Assembly: GCA_040954595.2 (NCBI GenBank)
Contig: JBECUI020000046.1
Location: 19,389-83,388 of the forward strand
Direction: 5' to 3'
DNA length: 64,000 bases
Source of the DNA: Balanoglossus misakiensis
Lineage: Eukaryota > Animalia > Hemichordata
Part shown: piece after piece, positions 40,201 through 48,137 of the stretch
Layout: each line of letters starts with the position of its first letter
Position numbering within the stretch: position 1 is the stretch's first letter
Made by a program: the position numbers and the translations under genes
The notes under the pieces: generated by a model
What the model saw: only the letters and a program-made list of their open reading frames with translations
Databases searched by the model: none
Told to the model about the DNA's origin: nothing

Positions 40201-40893
40201 ATGAGTGAGTATGCTGTAGAACTGACGGATGTCAAAAAAACGTATTTGTTAGGAAAAATTGAGATACCAGCACTGCAAGGGGTCAACTTACAAGTGAAAC
40301 GCGGAACGTTTTCGACCATTATCGGCGCTTCAGGAAGTGGAAAAACAACAACTTTGAACCTGATAGGTGCGATTGACGTTCCCACCTTCGGCGAAATTCG
40401 GGTTGATAATGTCTTGCTGTCAACACAGACAAGTAATGAATTGGCACGTTTTCGAGCGCGTAAGGTTGGGTTCATTTTTCAGAGCTTTAACCTCATTCCT
40501 GTCTTGAATGTCTTTGAGAATGTCGCATATCCCATGCGAATATGTAGGGTGCCGAAAGCCGAGATGCATGAAAAAGTACTGGAAATGATTGATTTAGTAG
40601 GTCTGAGTGACTTTGTCAAGCGACGACCGAACGAACTATCCGGTGGGCAACAACAACGAGTCGCCATAGCACGTTCTATGACAATGGATCCGATTGTTGT
40701 GGTTGCAGATGAACCGACAGCAAATCTGGATTCAAAAACAAGCATCAAGGTACTTGAACTCATGAAGGAGCTAAAAACAAAGAAGGGAGTAACCTTTGTT
40801 TTTTGTACCCACGATCCTCTTATTGTAGAATATGCTGATGAAATCTTTCACATGAAAGATGGAATTATTACGTCTAAGGAGGAGAGGAAATGA
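40201..40893 (+). CDS. LolD/MacB-type ABC ATPase
   Basis: GASGSGKTT, GFIFQSFNL, LSGGQQQRVAIAR, ADEPTANLD, CTHD. Confidence 0.93.
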   Translation: MSEYAVELTDVKKTYLLGKIEIPALQGVNLQVKRGTFSTIIGASGSGKTTTLNLIGAIDVPTFGEIRVDNVLLSTQTSNELARFRARKVGFIFQSFNLIPVLNVFENVAYPMRICRVPKAEMHEKVLEMIDLVGLSDFVKRRPNELSGGQQQRVAIARSMTMDPIVVVADEPTANLDSKTSIKVLELMKELKTKKGVTFVFCTHDPLIVEYADEIFHMKDGIITSKEERK

Positions 40894-41534
40894 TCAGTAC
40901 AACTCGCGTTTCCCTCTGTGCTAGCATCTTGATTGCAATAATGTTGCTTTCCTCCTGTCAAGCTGTCGATGAAGTTGAGATGCAACTTCGTGCAAGAATA
41001 GAGGCAGATCCCAATGATATTGAGGCAAAATATGAATTTGTTTGGCATATTACTGATGTAGAGCGGCGTAAGACCGCAAGAATGCGGTCAAATGAGCGTT
41101 TAACTGATGCTATTACGTACCTCGAGGAGATCATGGTCGAAGGGGATACCTCCATGCTTGCAACAAAGGGCATTCTTTTTTCCCTGCTTGCCTCAACCCA
41201 TGCAGCTAAAAACGATCTGACGCAGGCAACTACTTTTACATTTCAGGCAACCAAATTTCTGGATCAAGCTGTAAAAGCTGACCCTGAAAATATACTTGTT
41301 CGCTTATTTCGTGCACAAACCTTTTCCAACTACCCACAGGTGCTGGGCAAATGGGGCATAGCACTTAATGATTTTGAGTTCATACTAGCGAATGGGGGAG
41401 AGTCTTTTGCCCCCAACGAAGTAGCGGATATGTATCGTTCAATGGTAAAAATTGGACAGGCATTAGAAAAGGATGTTTCTGTATATCAACAGAAAGTTAA
41501 TGAATTTGAAACAAAAGCAAAGGAGGGAAACTAA
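40890..41534 (+). CDS. TPR-like helical lipoprotein
   Basis: lipobox LLSS-C; LDQAVKADPENILVRLFRA. Confidence 0.7.
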   Translation: MISTTRVSLCASILIAIMLLSSCQAVDEVEMQLRARIEADPNDIEAKYEFVWHITDVERRKTARMRSNERLTDAITYLEEIMVEGDTSMLATKGILFSLLASTHAAKNDLTQATTFTFQATKFLDQAVKADPENILVRLFRAQTFSNYPQVLGKWGIALNDFEFILANGGESFAPNEVADMYRSMVKIGQALEKDVSVYQQKVNEFETKAKEGN

Positions 41535-42860
41535 ATGACATTTTCATTTTCAATGATAGGATATGCCTTAGGCGCGTTCGTTATTTTATTTGTAGCCTAT
41601 TATTGGGCAAAACATTGGGACATTTTCTTATTAGCATTTAGAAATATTTTTAGAAATTTTCGACGTACTATTTTGACCCTGAGTGCCATTGTCATTGGTG
41701 GAGTATCGATGGTAGCCTTCGGCGGTTATATCAATGGTTCATTATGGGGCTTGCGAGAAAGTACAATTCGCAGTGAGCTGGGGCATTTACAGCTACAGCG
41801 TCCGGGCTATTTTGAAATGGGAAGTAGCCGTCCTACCGATTTTCTTATTGAAGAGTACAAAGAAATTATTGCCGAAATTATGGCAGATCCCGAATTGGCC
41901 CCTCTTGTTCAAGATATTACCACTGATATACGCTACAGTGGCATTGTCATGGGTGAGGGAGCTGCAAGCATTAACTACATTGGTCGGGGGGTTGACCCGA
42001 CGAAAGAACATATATTTGCAGCACTTGATCCTATTATAGATGGCAGTTCTTTAGCAGAAGACGAATTTGAATCGGTTATTTTAGGCAAAGGATTAGCTGA
42101 GCAACTTGCTGTAGGAGTTGGATCCTATGTCAGCATCTTGTCTACAACTGAGGATGGAGGAATTAATGTACAGGATGGACTGGTAACTGGCATTATTGAA
42201 CCGCTTGCAAAAGCGTACAGCGATGTAATTCTCAAATCGAGAACTGATTTCTCGCAATCTCTGCTCAGTACGACAGGAGTAAATGCAGTTGTTCTCATGC
42301 TCAATGAGACAATAGATACCAACGTAGCACATCTTCGATTAAATCAAATGATTCAAGAAAAGGGCTGGAATCTTATATCTAAGTCTTGGGAAGAACTTGC
42401 TGATTTTTACATAGCAGTAAAAACATGGTTCCTTGGGCTGGTTATCTTTGTACGTACCATGTTGACCATTGTTGTTGCGATTTTTATTCTTAATACAATC
42501 AGCATGTCAATTACCGAGCGCTTTTCAGAGATTGGAACATTGCGCTCTATAGGAAATACCAAGTCGGAAATACTTCAGCTCTTTCTTAGCGAAGGATTTT
42601 TGTTTGGCATATTCGGTATGGTATTATCAATAGTAATAGGTCTCATTATTTGTACAGCATTAGAAAACTCAGGAATTATGATGCCGGTTCCTCCTGGGCA
42701 GGCACGGCCGGTGCCCCTTACATTACGATACGATCCCGAGCACTATTACGTACTTGTTGACATTGCAATCACCCTGTTAGTATCATCATTTTTTGCTTCC
42801 TATATTCCTGCTGCCAAGGCCGGAAAAATGCAAATTGTTGATTGTATTAGGCATGTATAG
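41535..42860 (+). CDS. LolC/LolE-like (FtsX/MacB family) ABC permease, copy A
   Basis: AFRNIFRNFRRT, large periplasmic domain, MSITERFSEIGTLRSIG, SYIPAAKAGKM. Confidence 0.88.
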   Translation: MTFSFSMIGYALGAFVILFVAYYWAKHWDIFLLAFRNIFRNFRRTILTLSAIVIGGVSMVAFGGYINGSLWGLRESTIRSELGHLQLQRPGYFEMGSSRPTDFLIEEYKEIIAEIMADPELAPLVQDITTDIRYSGIVMGEGAASINYIGRGVDPTKEHIFAALDPIIDGSSLAEDEFESVILGKGLAEQLAVGVGSYVSILSTTEDGGINVQDGLVTGIIEPLAKAYSDVILKSRTDFSQSLLSTTGVNAVVLMLNETIDTNVAHLRLNQMIQEKGWNLISKSWEELADFYIAVKTWFLGLVIFVRTMLTIVVAIFILNTISMSITERFSEIGTLRSIGNTKSEILQLFLSEGFLFGIFGMVLSIVIGLIICTALENSGIMMPVPPGQARPVPLTLRYDPEHYYVLVDIAITLLVSSFFASYIPAAKAGKMQIVDCIRHV

Positions 42861-42895
42861 TACGGGTAAGACTTAGGTATGAGGAGGCTATAGCT

Positions 42896-44476
42896 GTGAG
42901 GATTTTTCTTCTTCTTTTTTCAGTTTTTCCTCTTGTGTTTTTGCCGGCCCAAGAGGATATGTTTCTGGACAGTTCTTTTTTAGATCCTTCTTTATCAGAG
43001 GAACCTGCTGAAACGATTGTGGATGAAACAGTGGATGAAACAGTGGAAGTCCCCACAGAAACCACCAGTTCTTTCAATAATGTACAGAGACGAAAGAAAT
43101 CTGAAAGCACAGTTTCGCTAGAGATAAAAGAAGCATTTGCCTACCACCTTCCGCGTGCAGACAATTCTTTTTTATATCTGGCGGACGAATGGATAGATGA
43201 GGGTAGTTTTGTATCTCCGTGGATTAATGCTATTTCATTGCGGGTTCGTGCGAGTTATTTTACACCCGGGCGCTATCTTTCCCTTCATCTTGATAACACC
43301 CTGTCCATCTACCTTCGCGGTAAGCAGGTAAATAATTACGATGTAGCAACGGTACTCGATGTCAATATGAGCGAGGCATATATGGAGGTTTATCCTCTAT
43401 CATGGTGGTCTATTTCGCTAGGAAAGATAGACATTGCCTCTGGGAATAGCTACATCTTCTCACCTGTAGATTATCTCAGTCAAGCAAACACAAATGGATA
43501 CGGTCTTACACGAGTTCTGCCTCGATTAGGATATTATATGGTTCAAACAGAATTTTATGCTCCTTGGGCATCATTTTCATTTGCCTACATTCCTGACTTC
43601 GGTACCGACCTGCATGAGTTTGCACCCAATAAATACCACAGTTTTCATGGAACAATTCGCTTGGATGTATTTTCTGACTTTAATCCTGAATTTATTGTTT
43701 ATGCTCGCGAGGGACATGCTCGATTAGGGGCAACATTGAGTGGCAGTATTACTGATGAGATAATTTTTTATACTGATTTATCGGCAGAGATATACCCCGA
43801 AGCACCCCAATTTATACGCCATACGGGTACGGAAAATTTAGATAATGATCCGACTGTGGACTATCCACTGGGGTTACAGACTACGGCTGAAACTTTTAAT
43901 TTTGCAGATATTCGTACGATGGAGAGTGCGGCATTTAAGGGAAGTATTGGTATCAACTACACGGTTCCGGATATTTTTACTATTCTTTTTGAGGTCTGGG
44001 GAAATAGTGCAGGCATTCGCCCTGCGGAATGGAATGACCTTTCAAACGAAATCGATTTATTCCATGAAAACTACGACATTTTTAATGGCACCATTCATCC
44101 TACATTGATAGCATCGGAGCGAGCGACGCCAGCACAAGTGGCACAATTGAGAGGACTAAGCGGCGGGTATCGTACCGTATTACAGAATGCCTATCTAGCA
44201 TTCCAGCCCATTCAATGGTCGCCTATGGTTCTTACCATGCGTATATTTAGAGACAATGTTTTGCGTTTTTCTTCTCAAACACTGGGTTATGGTGCGGATA
44301 TTCAGTACCTAGTGTTTGATAACAGTTTTGTAGTTACTGCTGATATAACGTGGGGAATTACAGAAAACCTACAGTTATCATTAATGGGGAAATATTCATA
44401 CGGCATCCCCGGTAGTATGGTTGCAGAATTCTTATACCCTGGAATGGTATATGGGGAACTATCGTTTTTTCTCTAG
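42896..44476 (+). CDS. putative outer-membrane beta-barrel protein
   Basis: signal peptide, acidic linker, EAYME..WSISLGK, aromatic alternating strands, C-terminal YGELSFFL. Confidence 0.6.
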   Translation: MRIFLLLFSVFPLVFLPAQEDMFLDSSFLDPSLSEEPAETIVDETVDETVEVPTETTSSFNNVQRRKKSESTVSLEIKEAFAYHLPRADNSFLYLADEWIDEGSFVSPWINAISLRVRASYFTPGRYLSLHLDNTLSIYLRGKQVNNYDVATVLDVNMSEAYMEVYPLSWWSISLGKIDIASGNSYIFSPVDYLSQANTNGYGLTRVLPRLGYYMVQTEFYAPWASFSFAYIPDFGTDLHEFAPNKYHSFHGTIRLDVFSDFNPEFIVYAREGHARLGATLSGSITDEIIFYTDLSAEIYPEAPQFIRHTGTENLDNDPTVDYPLGLQTTAETFNFADIRTMESAAFKGSIGINYTVPDIFTILFEVWGNSAGIRPAEWNDLSNEIDLFHENYDIFNGTIHPTLIASERATPAQVAQLRGLSGGYRTVLQNAYLAFQPIQWSPMVLTMRIFRDNVLRFSSQTLGYGADIQYLVFDNSFVVTADITWGITENLQLSLMGKYSYGIPGSMVAEFLYPGMVYGELSFFL

Positions 44477-44512
44477 AGTAATTTATTATAGAAAAGAAGG
44501 AAGGAATATATT

Positions 44513-45355
44513 ATGAAGTACATAAGCATTATTCTCATGAGCGTATTTTTGTTCTCTGGTGTATTTGCACAAGAGATCGACGAAGAAGCACGTTGGCAAG
44601 ACATTTTAGCCCAGAATAATCTAACAAGGGCGGATGTTGCGAATATGGAAAATTTATCAGATAGCTTTAATGATCGTTTGGTATTATTTAGTGGCATCTA
44701 TCGGAGCAACTGGCCACTGGAAAACTTCAACCTGAATTTCCGTGTTGTCGAAACAAAGGATAAGGTAGAAACTGCTACGACATTAGTAAGAAGTTATATT
44801 CATATGCGCGATGAGATGCGTGCTTGGATCAGCATAAGTTTAATGGAAAACCTTGAAAATAAAACGCAAACTCGCATTCTGCAAGACGAACTTAAACTCT
44901 ACTTTCACAAGGCGGGTACGCGACGACCTATCCGGATATCACCTGCTCAGAGACTACTAGGTGGAGCAAGCTATGCTGATGTTTCCTCGACCAATTATTA
45001 CTACGACTACAACGTTCTATCTCGTGAAGAGGTGAAAGTTGGCAATGCAGAGGCATATATGCTGACACTGAAAGCAAGGCGCAGAGGTGTTGCCTATGAT
45101 AGCATTAAGTATTGGGTATTAAAGCGGGATGCCCGCCCGATAAAAAGCGAGTACTATGTAAAATCGGGAAGAAAACTTAAGACCATGTATTTTCGTTCTT
45201 TTCAGCCACTGGTAGGTCGAGATATTGCTTCGGAGTGGGTTATTGTTGATGGACTTAATGATAAATTGGTAACGTACTTATTTGTTGAAGGCATAGGGGA
45301 AGAAACACTGCCTGAGCGGTATTTTAACTATACCAATTTTGCCGAAATGCCCTAG
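44513..45355 (+). CDS. LolA-like outer-membrane lipoprotein-sorting protein (TP0789/DUF1329-like)
   Basis: RRPIRISPAQRLLGGASYADV, YDSIKYWV, EYYVKSGRKLKT, LPERYFN. Confidence 0.8.
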   Translation: MKYISIILMSVFLFSGVFAQEIDEEARWQDILAQNNLTRADVANMENLSDSFNDRLVLFSGIYRSNWPLENFNLNFRVVETKDKVETATTLVRSYIHMRDEMRAWISISLMENLENKTQTRILQDELKLYFHKAGTRRPIRISPAQRLLGGASYADVSSTNYYYDYNVLSREEVKVGNAEAYMLTLKARRRGVAYDSIKYWVLKRDARPIKSEYYVKSGRKLKTMYFRSFQPLVGRDIASEWVIVDGLNDKLVTYLFVEGIGEETLPERYFNYTNFAEMP

Positions 45356-45589
45356 CAAGCAGATATAACTACCCTTCAGTGGCATTGCTTATCAAACACC
45401 CTGAGCAATAAAAGATGCTAGCCTATGATCTACTTGGAAGCAAAGCATGGCTCCCCCATGCTTCTCTGGTGAAAACTGCACCGGGGTCTCTTGCTGCGGA
45501 ACAAGCAAAAAAGTTATTAAAAAATAATATTAAGGAAAAACTTGAGGGTTTTATAATGAATTTGAAACAAAAGTAAAGGGGGAAACTAG
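45355..45589 (+). pseudogene. collapsed remnant of a duplicated operon segment (collinear fragments of 38841-41534)
   Basis: fragments match about 38892-38957, 39808-39826, 40115-40204 and 41498-41534 in order. Confidence 0.85.
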
Positions 45590-46909
45590 ATGACATTTTC
45601 AATGGTAGGATATGCCTTAGGCGCTTTCGTTATTTTATTTATAGCGCATTCTTGGGCAAAACATTGGGATATTTTCTTATTAGCATTTAGAAATGTTTTT
45701 AGGAATTTTCGACGTACTATTTTGATCCTGAGTGCCATTACCGTTGGTGGAGCAGGGATGGTAGCGTTTGATGGCTATGGCAATGGTGCATTATGGCTGT
45801 TGCGAGAAAATACAATTCGCAGTGAACTGGGGCATTTACAGTTGCAGCGTCCCGGTTATTTTGAAATAGGAAGTAGCCGACCCACCGAATTTCTTATTGA
45901 AGAGTATAAAGAAATCATTGCTGAAATTATGGCCGACCCCGAATTGGGCACCCTTATTCAAGATATTACCACTGATATACGTTACAGTGGCATTGTCATG
46001 GGTGAGGGAGCTGTAAGTATTAACTTCCTTGGTCGGGGGGTTGACCCGACGAAAGAACACATCTTTGCTGCACTTGATCCTATTATAGATGGCGATTCTT
46101 TGTCAGAAGATAAATTTGAATCGGTTATTTTAGGCAAAGGATTAGCTAAACAACTTGCTGTAGAAGTTGGATCCTATGTCAGTATCTTGTCTGGAACTGC
46201 GGATGGAGGAATTAACGTACAGGACGGACTGATAACTGGTATTATTGAACCACTTGCAAAAGTGTACAGCGATGTAATTCTCAAAACGAGAACTGATTTT
46301 TCGCAATCTCTGCTGAGTACGACAGGAGTAAATGCAGTTATTCTCATGCTCAATGAGACAACAGATACCAACGTAGCACATGTTCGACTAAATCAAATGA
46401 TTCAGGAAAAGGGCTGGAATCTTATATCTAAGTCGTGGGGAGAACTTGCTGATTTTTACATAACAGGAAGAAGATGGTTCCTTGGGGTGGTTTTCTTTGT
46501 ACGTACTACACTGACCATTGTTGTTGCTATCTTTATTCTCAGTACAATGAGCATGTCAATTACTGAGCGCTTTTCAGAGATTGGAACGTTGCGCTCTATA
46601 GGAAATACCAGGTCGGAAATACTTCAGCTCTTTCTTAGCGAAGGATTTTTGCTTGGCACATTCGGTATGATATTATCAATAGCAGTTGGTCTCATTGTTT
46701 GTGCAACACTAGGAAACTCAGGAATTATGATGCCGGTTCCTCCCGGGCAAGCCCGCCCGGTCCCCCTCGTCTTACTATACTATCCCGAGCACTATTACAT
46801 ACTTGTTGACATTGCAATAACCCTGTTAGTATCATCCTTTTTTGCTTCCTATATTCCTGCTGCCAAAGCCGGAAAAATGCAAATTGTAGATTGTCTTAGG
46901 CATATATAA
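45590..46909 (+). CDS. LolC/LolE-like ABC permease, copy B (recent paralogue of 41535-42860)
   Basis: collinear and highly similar to copy A at DNA and protein level; intact ORF. Confidence 0.88.
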   Translation: MTFSMVGYALGAFVILFIAHSWAKHWDIFLLAFRNVFRNFRRTILILSAITVGGAGMVAFDGYGNGALWLLRENTIRSELGHLQLQRPGYFEIGSSRPTEFLIEEYKEIIAEIMADPELGTLIQDITTDIRYSGIVMGEGAVSINFLGRGVDPTKEHIFAALDPIIDGDSLSEDKFESVILGKGLAKQLAVEVGSYVSILSGTADGGINVQDGLITGIIEPLAKVYSDVILKTRTDFSQSLLSTTGVNAVILMLNETTDTNVAHVRLNQMIQEKGWNLISKSWGELADFYITGRRWFLGVVFFVRTTLTIVVAIFILSTMSMSITERFSEIGTLRSIGNTRSEILQLFLSEGFLLGTFGMILSIAVGLIVCATLGNSGIMMPVPPGQARPVPLVLLYYPEHYYILVDIAITLLVSSFFASYIPAAKAGKMQIVDCLRHI

Positions 46910-46976
46910 GATCTTGTTGATAAAAGAGAAGGGGTAAAAAAAAATCGAGTACTTGTTGATATGCGGTACAATATCA

Positions 46977-47005
46977 TTGACACAGCATGAGATATTTATT
47001 ACACT
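46977..47005 (+). promoter_or_regulatory. putative sigma70 promoter with no annotated gene directly downstream
   Basis: TTGACA-N17-TACACT. Confidence 0.5.
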
Positions 47006-47121
47006 AGAGCAAAGTTTTGAGCTATGGAATATCTGTTAAGTTATTCGTATGTATGTGAAAGGCATGCATGGGGCAATGTAGTATTGGAAGTTTCTGCAGG
47101 GCAATCACGGAATAATTAGGC

Positions 47122-47150
47122 TTGACATGTTTTGATATTTAATATAATAT
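47122..47150 (+). promoter_or_regulatory. promoter of tRNA-Gly/bpuR
   Basis: TTGACA-N17-TAATAT (overlapping TATAAT). Confidence 0.6.
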
Positions 47151-47175
47151 ATATTTAATATAATTATTTGTTTCT

Positions 47176-47246
47176 GCGACCGTTGTATAATGGTATTACA
47201 TCAGCCTTCCAAGCTGAATATGCCGGTTCAATTCCGGTCGGTCGCT
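47176..47246 (+). tRNA. tRNA-Gly(TCC), CCA not encoded
   Basis: acceptor GCGACCG/CGGTCGC, anticodon arm TCAGC-CTTCCAA-GCTGA, T arm GCCGG-TTCAATT-CCGGT. Confidence 0.95.
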
Positions 47247-47270
47247 GATGACAAGTTTGGAGTCTATGAT

Positions 47271-47516
47271 ATGGGACAGAGAGGAGAGTTGTATTCAGAG
47301 CGGACGACGTCGAGCAACGGTAAGCGAACATATTTTTTCAATGTAAAGCAAAACCGTGCAGGCGATCTTTTTCTCCAAATCGTGGAGAGCAAGTATAATG
47401 CGAATGAAACAGGGTTTGAACGGCATCAAATCGTTGTTTTTAAGGAAGACATCGGCAATTTAGCAGATATGTTGCAGCACGTGCGTGAATACGTGCAGAC
47501 CATGCGTGAGTCTTAA
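47271..47516 (+). CDS. bpuR: PUR-domain nucleic-acid-binding protein (DUF3276, Borrelia BpuR-like)
   Basis: MGQRGELYSE..RTYFFNVKQNRAGDLFLQIVESK..FERHQIVVF. Confidence 0.85.
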   Translation: MGQRGELYSERTTSSNGKRTYFFNVKQNRAGDLFLQIVESKYNANETGFERHQIVVFKEDIGNLADMLQHVREYVQTMRES

Positions 47517-48082
47517 TATCGTTTGCAAAATGATTTTCGATGGATGGGTGATATACCATGATGCTGGATATTTTCAATATGTTTCGCAGTAGGGTATCCT
47601 TTATGTTGTTCAAACCCGTATACTGGAAATTCTTTTGCGTATTGAACCATTAATGAATCGCGTGCGTTTTTTGCAATAATGGATGCTGCTTGAATACATG
47701 CAATGCTTTGATCGCCACGGACTACCGCACGACAGGGTTTGTCTATGCATGGTGTAAATCGTCCATCAACAAGTACCTGGGTAATGTTATATCCTTGTGG
47801 TAAGCTTGCAGCAAGTGCTTCGTATGCCTTTTGCATGGCACGAAGACTGGCATGATGAATATTGATTGCATCAATAATGTCTGGTGTTACCCATCCAAGT
47901 GCAAAGAAGACATGTGGGGTATTACGCAGTTTATGCTCAATTGCATACCTCTTCTTTTCACTCAGTTGTTTTGAATCGGCGAGACCAGTGGGTAATGTAT
48001 CAAGATATGCACATGCTGCTGCAGTTACCGGTCCGGCAAGTGGACCTCTGCCACATTCATCGATTCCGCATATAAGTTCCAT
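47513..48082 (-). CDS. rnhB: ribonuclease HII
   Basis: GIDECGRGPLAGPV, DSKQLS, VDG, AASIIAK, HKGYPT, HRKSF. Confidence 0.95.
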   Translation of the reverse strand: MELICGIDECGRGPLAGPVTAAACAYLDTLPTGLADSKQLSEKKRYAIEHKLRNTPHVFFALGWVTPDIIDAINIHHASLRAMQKAYEALAASLPQGYNITQVLVDGRFTPCIDKPCRAVVRGDQSIACIQAASIIAKNARDSLMVQYAKEFPVYGFEQHKGYPTAKHIENIQHHGISPIHRKSFCKRY

Positions 48083-48137
48083 ACATACATAATATCATGA
48101 ATCTTATATTTATAAAAATAGAATTGGAATAACCCTT

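Noticed and set aside
47190-47270. Longer start for the PUR protein given in the ORF track
   Set aside because: Overlaps tRNA-Gly; family similarity begins at ATG 47271
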